Shown here piece by piece: positions 25,300-41,184 of a stretch of DNA of 64,000 nucleotides (position 1 is its first letter; every line of letters begins with the position of its first letter). The notes under the pieces are model-generated. The model was given only the letters and a program-made list of their open reading frames with translations. It did not search any database and was not told the origin of the DNA. The translations under genes and the position numbers were made by a program. Source of the DNA: Tubiluchus corallicola (lineage: Eukaryota > Animalia > Priapulida); NCBI GenBank assembly GCA_030141605.1, contig JAQGDQ010000333.1, forward strand, positions 124,001 to 188,000, read 5' to 3'.

Positions 25300-26740
25300 A
25301 TCACTATTAGTTTTGCAGTATTAGTTCGCACACTGTTAATAGAAATATTTACACTATTTACAGCTGGATGATTGATGTTCACTTGTCACTTTTTCTTGGT
25401 AACCACCGATTTTGGGCGAGTTAATGGTGGTGTTAAATACTGGTCTGTCATTCCTGTGACAATTGAAGTTTTATTCCTAGGACTGATAGTAGTTTGTTGT
25501 AGTTGTTAATTTAGTTCAGGTAGCAAGCGGATTTTAGGTGACGTCTTTTTATTTGATCATGCATCACTATCATCTTCACGTAATTGTTCCGGAAATTCAC
25601 GTTCACTTACGACAGATTTTGTGTCATTTGCAACTGACATGGAATCGGTACACAATTGCTTTCTATAAAAGCTGCCGTTTCATTACTATCTTGTTGCTGC
25701 ATGAATGCGGAATGCTGGTCCGAAAAATGTACTTTAGGAGAGCATGTAATGTTATCTTCATCGATGCTAACTATTTGGTTTTTATGTATTTTAACCTTTT
25801 CTCCTTTGGCCCTTCTTGACTTTAGTTCGCTGATTAACTTTTTATTTTCCTCGTGTTCGTGCCAGGTGAGATCAGGATTTACATAGATATTATTGCAATC
25901 CTTCTTTTTATGAGAATCTTTAGCAGCCTTTAATACTTGCCATTTTTGACCAAGATGTGAAAGACGGATCCTAACTGGTCCTGTAGATGCGGATGTCGTT
26001 TTAGATGCTACCTTTAGCAGCATTGATTCCACGATTTTGACTTTTATGTTCAATGTATTTTGAACCTATTGCTCATACCACTGACTGTCTGCGACTGGTG
26101 TAAGCCCACGTATTATGATGCTACACTTTTTTGCCTTTTTTGCATTCGTTCATTAAAATCTTCAAATAGGTTGTCTACTTCACTGTCACTCAGATTACCT
26201 CTATGAACGATTTTCTTTTCTATAGTATTTATTTTTAAGTTAACATTTTTCCTAAAAGCTTCCAGCTTATCATCGATTGTTGTAACCTTATCTGTTACGT
26301 TATTCAGGTCAGTTTCAATTTTCTCAAACTTAGACTGAAAATTTATGATGTCTTGTTTCAATTGCAGGGCTGCGCTGTTGCAGTAAGTACAGTACCAGTG
26401 TACCTCATTCTCATCATTCATCAGTACATCATACAATGTATCGCTCACACCGACACATGATGTGTGGAACTATCTTTCGCATATTTCACACTATACACCT
26501 TTATCATAATCTTTAATTACTGTTTTACATTTGGGGCACGTTACACGTTAAGATGATGTGTCAGGGGTTAATAGATTTCGTTCTGTGTTGTTTTTCTTTC
26601 TTACATTTATTGTTTGATTTGGATTTGTTAACATGTGCAGAAACTGAGTTCATTTTAGTCTCTGTTTAATCTAGCAATTTCAAAACATAGACGATATGGA
26701 ACGAACTCACCAGAAACCTCGGTCTGTCGAAACCAGGCAT
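25300..26740 (-). mobile_element. CR1/L2-type LINE 5' fragment: ORF1 with PHD finger, coiled coil and C-terminal domain (pseudogene)
   Basis: CPKC...CEICER*FHTSCVGVS...HWYCTYC (PHD, 26540-26380), coiled coil, then GPVRIRL...VLKAAK...IYVNPDLT..E.E..K.L..ELK.RR.KGE, typical of CR1-group ORF1. Confidence 0.85.
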
Positions 26741-27180
26741 TGATTGTTCAAAAAAATCACGAGATACTCGATGTGCCACTAAATGCAAATGGCGGAAAAT
26801 CACACAAATCATAGGCATTAATAGCGGAAAATCATTCAACGTCACGTAACTGTCATGTCAAACTAAATTTTGACAAATATTTCAATGTCTAATTATCGAT
26901 TATGCTTTCCGAACACGTTTCACTTATTTCTGTATAACATAGTGTAATTTTTTCTTAAAGAAAAGTTGATTGTTCAAAAAGTCACGAAATACTCGTTGTG
27001 CCGCTAAATGCAAATGGCGGAAAATCACACGAATCATCGGCATTAATGGCGGAAAATTATTCGACGTCAACTAACTGTCTGGTCACACTAAATTTTGACG
27101 AATATTTCAATGTCTAATTATCGATTATGCTTTCCGAACACGTTTCACTTATATCTGTAAAACATAGTGTATTTTTTCTC
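26740..27180. repeat. Two tandem copies of a ~227-bp unit
   Basis: Units start ttgattgttcaaaaa at about 26740 and 26966; both contain ctaaatgcaaatggcggaaaatcacac and ttatcgattatgctttccgaacacgtttcactt. Confidence 0.85.
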
Positions 27181-27599
27181 GGAGAAAACAAATAAATTTG
27201 CAAAAATTTTGGGGAGCTCAAAAAAGTCGACGTGTCACTTTGCGATCGCAGCGCCACCCCCTTGCCGATTCTTATGGGGGAGTACTTTTAGCTGTACATG
27301 TGGTGCTGCTAAAGCAATGGAAAGAATGCTTGGAGACTCAATGTGGAATCCTTTGGGTAGAATACACTGCGAAAACTTGGTGTGTACTTACTATCGTCCT
27401 GCCAGACGATATAGTATATATATATAGTTCTATATATAGTATATAGAATATATTATATAAAAGTAGAGACATAAGTTAAAAACATAAAGTAAGTTGCAGA
27501 AAGGCAGAAATAACTCAGTTTTGTGAAAACATTTCACAACACTAGTTCCCTTGTTACATGTGGGTTATTCTGATCAAGAGAATCTGAGGAAAGAACAAT

Positions 27600-29560
27600 T
27601 ACTTATAAAGATTACAAGTTTATAAAGTTACGACTGAGAACATAAAAAGGTAAGAAAAAGATATTTTTATTACGAAATTTGAAATTGAACTAAATATGGG
27701 ATATTTTGGTGTCATAGGCAGGTCAGTACAAGGGATAAAATTAACAAATATGGGACGTGTCTCATATATCAGCAGGCTTCTGGCAATCCTACTACAAGCC
27801 CAATTACAACAAATTAATGCATCGGAAGAGTCAATTGACTTAATACAAATGACCAAATGAATATAAACAAATTGTGATCATGGGAGACTTCATCGCTGTC
27901 TTACACGCCAACTGATGCTGTGGCGAAGCTTTTATCAGTTGTCTTGATGACTTTGAGTTGATACAGCTGGTCAACGATCCAACTTATCTGTCTCCTCAAT
28001 ACTGTTCAGCCCAAAGTAGGACTTGTTCTGTGTCAGCCATAGTTCTGCTGTCAGTATTATGGCAGTGGCTGATAACATTTAAACCCTACTTGTGATCACA
28101 ATGCTCTGGAATGTGTTCTAAGCCTTGACTGCAAGCAAAGAACGAAGATTTCGAAACTGGTTTTCATGTACAAAAATGCTGAATTTGGTCACAAGAACAC
28201 TCTGTTAGCTTTAGCACCATGGGACTTGGTGACACCATGGGACTTGGTCACTACGACATGGGATGTTACAGTGACAACTTGGACTTATAATAGATGGTTT
28301 GACTTATTTTATGCTTGCATGACTGAGTCAGTTCCACGGAAATTGTTGCTGATACAAGTAATCATCACTCTTTATTAAATGACTTAACTGTATTATATAA
28401 ATCTGCCATGCTGCATACTCACTAAAATTTTAATGGAATATGCAGCTAATTAAGGAGATAAGCATACACAAATATTTAGGTGCTCATTTTCCAGTGATCT
28501 CTCATAGAACCCTCATATAAACATATTAATTCTTGTGCAAGGCTGCTATCGGATTTCATTTTTAGAACTTGTAAAGCCACTCATTTTCCAGTGATCTCTC
28601 ATGGAACCCTCATATAAACAATATTAATTCCTGTGCAAGGCTGCTATTGGATTTCATTTTTAGATCTTGTAACGCCAGAAATGTGCAGAAATTTCTAAAC
28701 TTTTCTATGCACTTGTGAGGCCAATACTTGAATATTGCGCATTTGTGTGTTCATCACACACTACCTACACATCCTATAACATTGAGTCCTCCCTCCAGAG
28801 AAAGGCTACCAGATACATGACTCTGCTATCAGGGCTGAAATGGCTAATTATAATGATCGTTTGAATGTTTTTCAATATTGAGCCTAAAATGGTGCTGAGA
28901 TTTGTTCTTGGTTGTAGTCGAGTATAAAGCACTTAACAACTGCTTCTCTCATCTGGTTGACTATTGCTGAACTTTCTCCAAAAACTCTCATTTTTCCGAC
29001 CATTTGTTACATAATAACAATCGTGCAACTTGTTTATGGGAATCCCTTTTTCATCGGTTTCTGCGCTTAAGGAATTAGTTTCCTAGTGATATAAAAGAAG
29101 TAAGAACACTCTGAGTGCAAAGCTGGAAGTTATTACACGAATAACAAATATATTTTTACTTAGTTGCTAACATGGCATTTAAGTTATTTTTTACTTTTTC
29201 TTTCTCTATGGTTTTCTTACAGTTTTGTCTTAATCAATTTATTTTCCATGCATTTTATATCTGATTTTTTGTATTTTGTATGTGATCATTGTATATTTTA
29301 TTAATTATTTTAACGTTTTTTACTTGCACAAGGGTTTTCTTACAGCTTTAACTAATATTTTTCTTAATCAGTTTATTTTCAGTATTTTATTTTTTAGTTT
29401 TGTATATGTCATTTTTGTACATTTTATCTTTTTAATGATCATGTGTGTTTATTGATTTTCTTGTTCACTTCACTAGGATTTGCCAGCAACCAGCTTACTG
29501 TTTCGGCATTAAGTTCGCTGCTGGTGGCACGTTAGCAAAAGTCTGATATTGTTCATACAT
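27600..29560 (+). mobile_element. Decayed CR1-type LINE ORF2 fragments with 3' tail; internal 97-bp tandem duplication (28483-28579 / 28580-28677)
   Basis: Remnant motifs IMGDF, DLF, CDHNAL, KYLGAHF.SDLSWNPHI and ALVRPILEYC; terminal hairpin tgccagcaac...gctgctggtggca near 29480-29530. Confidence 0.75.
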
Positions 29561-30278
29561 TTTCTTATGTTCTTTACGTGCTTTTTTGCTTTTTTTTACT
29601 ATACAATTGTGCTGAAATAAATAATATAATACGCTATGGTACCAACGTGTTTCTGATAATATGTTAGAAACTTTATTATTGGTGGGTGAGCAATGATGAC
29701 GTTGTAACTAAACATTATTTTCACCAGTACAAACAATGTTCCATGATGGTGTTGCACATATTTGCGAAAGCGGAAACTGAGATACGGTGTTGCTGTACAA
29801 CGTTCAGTGTAATACACAAACTTCTGCAAATTTTAAGTTTAAAAAATTACATTTTATGTTTACTGCCATGAGCTGTCGAATTTGTGTATCACATCACAAC
29901 TGATTCTTAAATTGTGTATTGCATTACATTTGAACTGAAGGGTATAGCGTCTGTTATTATGCAGCATGTTTCCAACGTGCAGGTGTTAGTGCCCATCTAA
30001 CTAGTGAATGGCAAAATTTATGTAGCAGCGAAGAACTAGCTGCGCGAATGCGAAGTTAGGTTTCTGCAGTAATAATTCTTTCACATAAGTCATTCTTTAA
30101 AAATAGTGTGTTCTCTTTCTAGGTAGATTGTTCCGACCTATAGTTTAAGTTGCTATCGGTTTCCTTTAATTTTAATTTTCAGCTGCTTTTTTGGACTTAC
30201 TCATAAATTATTGACAGATTAGCTGTTTTTGTTCTCTTTAGTCTATTTGATCCTTCTGGTCTAAAATAACACCTTTAG

Positions 30279-32309
<2,031 letters not shown>

Positions 32310-32509
32310 ATTGGAACATTTTGGTTTGTTTCTTAATTTATTTAAGTTTAAACATCAAATTCGATTTCTGAAGATCATTCAATGGAACATCTAAAAATTA
32401 AATTGTTTTTGCTTTGTAATCTACTGAGTTTTGTAAATGGCAAAAAAAGAAAATAATGCATATTTCTTACATGCAAACATTTATCTGCAAACCATCTGTC
32501 CAGCTTTGA

Positions 32510-32765
32510 TGGCCAAACAGCCGAGTGGTCACAGTGTATGTATTTAGTAATTGAAATAAAGTAACACCGAGGCTAGTGTCAGGATGGATGACTGCAGGGT
32601 TCTATACTCACTATAGCTGCTTTCATTCTCCCACATACGGATTGTGGCTGTTTGTAACACGGCAGGTATGTAGTCACATCAGTTCTGGTTCAATGTCTCT
32701 TTTTACACTTGCGGATTGATATCGAATTGGGTTCAGTCCCACCAAGAGCATCAACATGTAGTAAC
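32510..32765 (+). mobile_element. Possible old SINE with a Pol III-like (tRNA A-box / 5S-like) head
   Basis: cagccgagtggt resembles an A-box; gaaataaagtaacaccgaggctagtgtcaggatggatgactgc loosely resembles the 5S internal control region. Strongly diverged. Confidence 0.35.
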
Positions 32766-34280
32766 TTCTACCACTGAATGCTAGATTGTAGCTTTAAAAA
32801 ATGTGCACATTATAAGGTGTACAGAACTTGCAATGCTGTAAATTTTCATTGTACTGCAACTAATGCAGGCATTTTTTGCCTTGACATCTTTACATTGGCA
32901 TTCATACCCTATTAAACAGTTACTGGAAGCTCAACAGTATTCCTATTTTGGATCAGTTTTTGTTTTTTATTGGCAACACACATTTATCTATCTTTGTAAA
33001 AACATTTCTGTGTAAAATAAATATCTGTGCTCAAGTTATGATATTATTTGTGCCATCTCTCAAGAAGTCTAATCCATCTTACGACAACAGTAGATACACC
33101 TACAGTCATATAGGTATCAAAATTTTTTTATTTACTTAACATCAGATATTGCTCATTGCATTAAAATACATAATACGTAAAAAATAAAATGAATACATGT
33201 ACCCCATTTGCATGCACTGTAATCATGAATGATCAGTGCAGATCTTATAAGGTAAAATAATCTTATGTGATTGAATCAATGGTGTTTATGCTTGAAACGA
33301 CCAAGAATTCTACAGTGCAAAAAAATCACAGCAAGCAAACTAAATAAAGGCATCAAACTTACAGACACCTAAAAATCACAATAACTAATTTTCAAACAAG
33401 TTATCAATGACAAATATGTTCAAACATCAATTACATCTATCAATAATAACATGAAAAATAGATCAATAATTACACTATCAAAATTTGCATTTAATGAACA
33501 TTTTGGCATACATTTATGGGACATAGCATGGTCAAAACGTATTTGGGGCTATAAGTAGAATATGCTGTTTTGATTAAAATTCACAGCACCTTTCACCATT
33601 TGTTATCACTAGCAGTTAAATAAAGTGAAAATGTCACTGACCTGCCCGGACAAACCAGTTATTTTAGAAATAAAAACAGAAAGTAGTGTACATTTTGAAA
33701 GTAAAATCAACACTACAGCACAAGTAACTTTTCAAGTCTTTCAAGACATGCATAAAACTGCACAACTATTAAATTTTGGATCTGCGCTTGTGTGTTTTAA
33801 ATTAAATCACACATTAGCAGGTATTATAAAGGTACAAAATTTAGTTAAAGTATTTGGCAGTTGGCCATAATCTTTAAAGCAATCTGCAGTAATATTAGCA
33901 ATCTGCATACTACAGTAATTATAAGTGTAAGTTTTCAAAAAATAACAAGCTATTATAGACGTGAACTTTTTTACCCAACGCTCATAGACATATTGCTGAG
34001 AAAAAATGCATGACACGGCAAACATGATATCATGTTCCATCTAATGATGCTATACAAATACATGAAATGACCTTTCAATGAAAAGATCTGTGTGGCAAAC
34101 ACTGTGATGTATACAACTCAGGCAAACGCATTCAATAAATAAAATAACATGTCCAGGCTTTAGCACAACAACAATTAGAAGCATACCTGCATAAGAAAAA
34201 AATTATTTGTGTTACACTTTACAAAAACTCACAAGTGTTTATCAATGCAATTTACAAAGACAAACTGAGCCAATGCTTAA

Positions 34281-34856
34281 GGCCGCGTTTCAACTGTGCC
34301 TGCACAGACACAATATGCGTGACTGACACGGAGCAACAGCACGCCGAGTTCACACGGAAAGCTACGTATAAATATAGATCCACACGTTGACAAACTTTTT
34401 TTCTGCACATGTAACTTTATTTCTATACATGCTCTAATGTTCTTTCCCTTTACGACAAAATGCATGACACGGCAAACATGATATCATGTTCCATCAAATA
34501 ATGCTATAACAATACATGAAATGACCTTTCAATAAATGACCCTAAATACAGTTAGAGATTTTAGATGACAGGCGTGAGTGAAATAGATTTTGAGGTTAAC
34601 GACGAAGCATTTAGTTTTTAATAATTATTTAAGTTTTTCCAACATTTCTGTACATTTTGGTCAAGTTTTTTGATTATTGTTTCATGCATTTTGTCAAATT
34701 TATGGTAAACATTTACATATACTGTAGCCGCAGAATTTCCATTTGTCCCATTGACCTATTGCTATTGCAAACATATACGATTTTTGCGGTCATAAAATGG
34801 TGGACGGAAAAATCTCTGTATGTGTCTGTTGGTACAGATGAAGCTGAAACGTGGTC
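34281..34856. mobile_element. PIF/Harbinger-type MITE
   Basis: TAA|GGCCGCGTTTCAACT ... AGCTGAAACGTGGTC|TAA (3-bp TAA TSD); the inverted repeat extends through acagacaca / tgtgtctgt. Confidence 0.7.
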
Positions 34857-35602
34857 TAACACTATGAATAATTACAATTTTAACAACTAAAATCAACTGC
34901 TCCAGCTGGAGAAAAATGCAAAACTAACTTTGACAGAAATATTCAAACATGATTACAGTACTACTTAAAATCACTTAACAAGCACCTTGTTTAAATCACA
35001 TAGCACAGACAGAAATAGCATTTCAATTTTGCAGAAAATATTTCCTCGTATAGCAAAATTATCCTTGGCACTTCAATATGGACAAGCATAAATCATAAAG
35101 TGACAGCATATCGACAATACTGCAAAGTGCAAACTAAATGCAGCCCACGTCCCACAATATTGTCATGATTTGCAGAAAAACACCTATGAAAATTATGCTC
35201 ATTTACTAATACAAAACAGTCAATGTGTCACCTCATTACCACTATAAGAGATGGCATTTATGGAGAAGTCTGTTACAGGTCTGAGAAATAATAATTAGGT
35301 AAATCATACCAATTTACAGCTCCAGAACTCTTTTTATCAAAAATGCTGCTTTGTGATTAATGCACCATCAATTCTAATTTAGCAAATAATTCTACATGAC
35401 TGCAACACACGGCATGTTTAGTATCAATCATTTTCTTACAAATATGCAAAAAATCACTATACAATGTTCAAAAAGAAATGTACTCAACTGATACATGATG
35501 TATCAGCAATCACTGGTGAACATTCTACTCTATTCAGTTGAAATTTAATTAAAACAATTATTCTTGATGCCGATTCACCACTTTCTTTGCATGTGACACA
35601 GC

Positions 35603-38600
35603 TTACTCTTCTGGATCCTCGACAGCTGCCCAAGCCTCCTCTGCAAGAGCATAATACTTGTTTGCTAGACGGCCTTTCATGGCAGCCATGGCAGCATCTG
35701 CAGCTTCTGTATACAATTCTCCTAGGAAAAAAAATACAGATGTGTTAATCAAATTTAGGCCACTGAAGATCTAAAGAAAGTGAATGACAACTTCCCAACA
35801 ATGACACCAAGTGAAAAGGGAGTGCTGCAAGTGCATGGCACAGCTGCATTTTACACGTTTCTCAAGATATTTCATAGAGACCTTATTATTTAGTACATTT
35901 AAAATTAATGTCCATTTTTAAATGTGCATCTAAAATTACATGCATCGCTACAACAGGCTAATTGGGGGTGGGAGAAAATTATCCTTTACAATCGACAGTC
36001 TATCATAAAAGAAGGGTTTGCCCACCCTATGAGTAGAATGTCTTGTATTGGAAAAGGATCCACTGAAATGGACTGAATGGGATGTCTAGTTTAATCATTC
36101 TGACATTTGCTGTTTTTTGTAAATGCTAACAAATTCCTGTCAGCTTGCTTTCAAAGTGATGTAACAAAACAGAAACTGATCCAGAAGATAGGCATATTTT
36201 ATTGAAACTACATGCTCACTGTCTCAGGCAAAACATTTCGTGTATATCCTGTAGACAAAGGGTCTGTATATTCTTTTACTTCCCTACTGTTTGTTTGTCA
36301 ATAACGGTCATAGCTGCATTTATATTTGACTAGTTTATTTTTTGTGACAATCACAAGTGGTTATACAGTAATTTAATGTTCAAAAATACTATGATGGTAT
36401 GAAGTTGCTGCATTAGAATGTAACATAATACTGCAACCCTAGATTATAGCTCTGCAGAATCCTGCATACTTGATTGGCCACTGGCATTGTCTGACTGTCA
36501 GCATGCTTATTTCTTGCTAAATTCAAATTAAATGTCCCGCTGTGTTTATAGTAATGTTAATAACAAACTGGTGTCTTGAACATTGATTACTAAATCATTA
36601 ATACCAGTAATTATAATAATTATTATTCAGTGCACTTAAACAGAAATTTTAGTCTTCATTGTAGAAGCTTTATTTGAAATCACAGGTAAAATAACAAGAA
36701 GATAACAATGTACAGAAATAATATGTTCAGTTAAAATACTTGTACTTTTTTATTCTCTTAGTAATATTATAAGCAGTCCTTGTAATTTTTTCAGTCAATA
36801 AAATGCTTAAAATTCGTGGACTAATAAAATTATCCTGAGCTTTGACAAGAAAGCTAATGACAGTGATAGTGCAGAGAGAACAAGAAGACAAAAAATAAGG
36901 CAACATAAAGGGCATTGGAGTGCAAGAATATTTACGCCATTTATTTTTATTTGTTAAAGAAGGTAGTAGCAGCTGCTGTTATTATAACAAAAAACTAAAA
37001 CATAAATGTCCAACAAATTTAGTGATCATTTCGACATTTTAGTCACCGAAGTATGCTTCAGAAGACTCAAAACTTGGCTAAAATACAGGAAAACCCATTA
37101 GCTGAGGGGCTGTGGAAGTTACTTTGGCTTCTCTGGGCTTTGCATACATCTTTTTCTTAGTCTTGGGCACTTCTTCCTTTCAAAAATCCTAGATCCACCC
37201 ATGCAAAAGTTGATAAACTTATTTTCATTACTTGATTTCTTCTAGCAGCTGCAGCTATTTGCCATTGTGTGGCTGGGAGAAATTCACAAGCAATTTTGCA
37301 ACACATATCAACTAGAACAAGTGAGGATGTGATAATTGCGAGGTAAACACAAAAGACTTTTACACTAATGTAAAAAACGAAGAAATAACTTAGAAGCTCA
37401 TTCTTGTTAATTATAACAGCACTTTTTGCATATCTGTTTACTGGCCAGTAGTTAATCAATTTAGCAGCAGTAATTAATTTACGACATCTAGAATGTGTAA
37501 TTTAACCTAGATCTCCTAAAAATCACATAGGCAAAAGAGCAAAATGTCCTGTAGTGTATTTTTATTTAGGCAAAGACATGGTGCTACTGTAGGATAGACT
37601 ATAGACATGTAAAAATTACAGAGCATTAAAACAGCAGTGATTCAGGATTGGAACTGCCAGTTTCTTAGCTTAGTTCTTGTTTAGTTCTTTCCTTCTTATC
37701 AGCCTTCTTAACTACAGTAGGCGCCGCTTAATAGACTAACTTTGGGACCGACGTGTTTTGACCAAATTAACCGACTGAACCTATTAACCGATGGGTGTAC
37801 TATTACAGGTATAGAAGTATGAGTCATCTGCTTACTATGCACTGCAAAGGTTTTTAATGAATTTCAGAAATAAAAATTGCCTAAATTCCTTTGTGCAGTT
37901 AAAAATTAGAAAAAAACATTTTAAAATATTAATTTATATAAGTGAAATAGTAATAAATTAAAAAGATAACTTTTCTAAATCACAGACTTTTCTGCTTATT
38001 TGCAAAAATTACAAAAATTCTTTCAAAGTCAGCTGCCTCATTTTCTCGCAAAGAAGTTGCCTGCAAAGTTCTCGTAATTATAAAAACGTTGAAAATCTGT
38101 TGTTGTGTGTGACTAAGACAGCTCTGAATCGTCTGCTCACTTACATTGGTCTAATTTGCTGTACGATGTTTACTCTTGTCAGTCACAAGGAATACCTGCT
38201 GATTACTGTACCTGCATATTAACTCATCAAGAGTGAAAGCGTGATTTGCAACAAGAGCATCAAAATGAAACCACTAGGAAAGCGATTAAATGTTTAGCTT
38301 TCAGAAATTCTTTGAGTAACAGTGGGTGAGGGGGTAACAGATTCAAAGCGAAACCGCTATGCTAGCGTATTAACGCATGATAAACGTACCTGCTTACAAA
38401 CAAAACGGCACTTAACATGATTGTTTCTGTATACATAGTGCACAAAAGGGAAGTAAAGATGACATAAAAGTAGGAGAGGCTCTTTGGGCACATACAAATA
38501 TCTTATTTTAAGTAGGTTAAATAAAATATTGAGTCAATTATGCGGTGTTATTTGAGTTAATTACCGATAGTTTCTATGTATATTTGAATAGAAGTGGCCC

Positions 38601-40258
38601 GTTCCAGGAGTTTGTGAGTCAATAAAATGATTGAGTCTATTAACCGTGAGTCTATTAAGCGGCGCCTACTTTATATAGAACTACTAATAATTACAGCACA
38701 AACATGACTTTTGGTGAATAATAAAATGGTCTGTTCTAATGGTAACACAGATATGTGTTGCACGATGCAGCAAATCACAGACTGACAAGAGCTTGACTTC
38801 AGTCCGTTATAGGTATAGTGACTTCAGTATAATTAAAGTGCATTAGACAAACAAAAATAGTGTGTTCTATTCTGTTATAACGACAGTTTACTGAAATTCA
38901 AATCTAACCTATAATTTAATTTACAGTTTTAGTAATTATACTGCAAAGTATATCACAACAGTGTTACTATTACAGTTCAAAACAATCAAACTGGAAATGG
39001 TAACACATGAGCCTATGACAAGGTGTATTTTATAATTAATTTTTTTCTGTTTTCTACTTCATTTAATTTGTAAAATTCAAATCATAGTTGTTTTAAATCT
39101 TTAAATCTGCTTGCACATGCAAAAGTAAAGTAAGCTAAAAATCTCATTGGCTGTGTAAAAAACGCATGAATTGTACAAAATATTAAAAACGGATCAGTAC
39201 TAACCAGCAAAACTCGGATCCATCTGTAGACTATGACCTCCCTGCATCCACAACTCTGCTTGAGCAGCCATTAGCATATATGGTGGATCATCCATAGTGG
39301 AATCAAAATCCCCACTAGCATCTGGACAGGTGGTTGTATGCAGTGCTCGATCATACCAATATGCCGCTTCCTTCCAATCTTTAGTTCTGGTATATAAGAT
39401 AACTGTTCAATTATTCATTTAAAGTACAAACAAAGGGTAAACAATATGCAATTAACATCTAAATCAGCTACAATTGCAGCAAAAAGATGGGAGCAAAGGA
39501 TAACTGCATTTTCTATTGCAAAAAAATCAAATGATTATAATTAGCGCAAGCTTATGAAAATCCATTTAAAAAGCAATATTATCAGGCATGTGATTAGATA
39601 CAAGAAAGTGAATTGTGCTGAAATAATTAATGTTATAATTAAATAAACCAACTCCTTAATAACAAAAGCTGTTATTGTTACAGTAAAATTATTCTTCATT
39701 AACTGTACAGAAAACAACAACAAAAGTAAAGCTGAACTTTACCGTTTTGTCCCTAAACCATCGCCACTTCCATATGCTTTAGCCATATATATCATTGCTG
39801 ACCGATCACCTGCATCTGCAGCTTGAAGCATATAGTGAATACCCAGATCATCATTATCAGAGTTTGGCTGTAAAAAGTAAATACACTGAACATATTAAAA
39901 GTTAAATGAAATTCACTATGATGAAAACTTTTAATCAGTTATATGTTCCATGTGAACAAGTATGCAGTAAAATTTGCGATGTCATATTTATTCGCAATTT
40001 ACATTCGAAAGTTTATAGTTTCAATTATTTTCTATACCTGCGTTAATACAAAAATGGGATGTAATATAACTGAAATAGACCCAGCTCTTATAACAATATT
40101 TACAACATTTACATGCAGCACTGAAAGTCCAGGAATGAATAAAACAAATTCAAACTGAAAGCACTTTGAAAAGTTTTATATTGAAAAGCTTCAAGCTAAG
40201 CTGATGTTGTCTCATAACTAATGACCAGATAAGTAACCGTGTAACCAGTATATTGTCA

Positions 40259-40289
<31 letters not shown>

Positions 40290-41126
40290 TTACACAGTTA
40301 CTTATCTGTATGTATGTATAACATAATATATTTATAGCTGAAGGGACAAAAACATGTGCCGAAATCTTGGTCACGATATTAGGAGATAATGAAACTGCTT
40401 GAAAATTATTACACTGATGATAGTGTTATACATGCTTACGTATAAAGATCCAAAATTTTAAATCATTCCCTTAGATTTTTCCAGAAAATACAGAAGTTTA
40501 AAAATGAGAAGTCAAAAAGATAAATCCCAGAAAAATATTGTAATGTAATTATTGTTAAATTTGCAGCAAGTGCTCTATGTGTCCATAATTTTCACTACAA
40601 ACTGGATGACGACATTTCTTTCAACAGCTGACACGCTTCCTTACTTTTCTGAGTGGTATTCTGTCTCAGAACTCAACAATTTAGTTCTTCTGCATCATGT
40701 GGCGCTGTGCGACCATTGTATACTTTCTCTTTATGAGAATTTGGGACACCATAGTCCAGAGGAACAGGTCAAATTTTTTCTTGGCAACAAATCATTATCA
40801 GTGCTTTATTTTCTCTGGTGATGACCACAATGTAAATTGGTGAATTCCTTTATTGTTTTGCTCCACCTACTGAGGGATTTATATGTCACTGAATGTGGCT
40901 ATTTTTCAGTTCATGATTTGCTGACATTCTTTCTACACTTAATTTTCTAACACACAAAAGTTTTTCGGTCATAACTTTAAAACCACTAAAGCTATAAACT
41001 TTTACTTTCACAGTCTAAAGTTAATGTATTACGTTAGAACATCATGCTGTGAAATTTCAACCTTATAGGACACTCGCTTTTAGTATTATTGTAGTCTAAA
41101 TTTCAGCACATGTTTTCTGCACCACC

Positions 41127-41184
<58 letters not shown>

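Noticed and set aside
26740-27180. CRISPR-like array
   Set aside because: Two long tandem units without unique spacers, in eukaryotic context with no cas genes.
34004-34080. SECIS-like element (ATGA...AAA...TGAT)
   Set aside because: Helix spacing is wrong, and neither flanking gene has an in-frame TGA.
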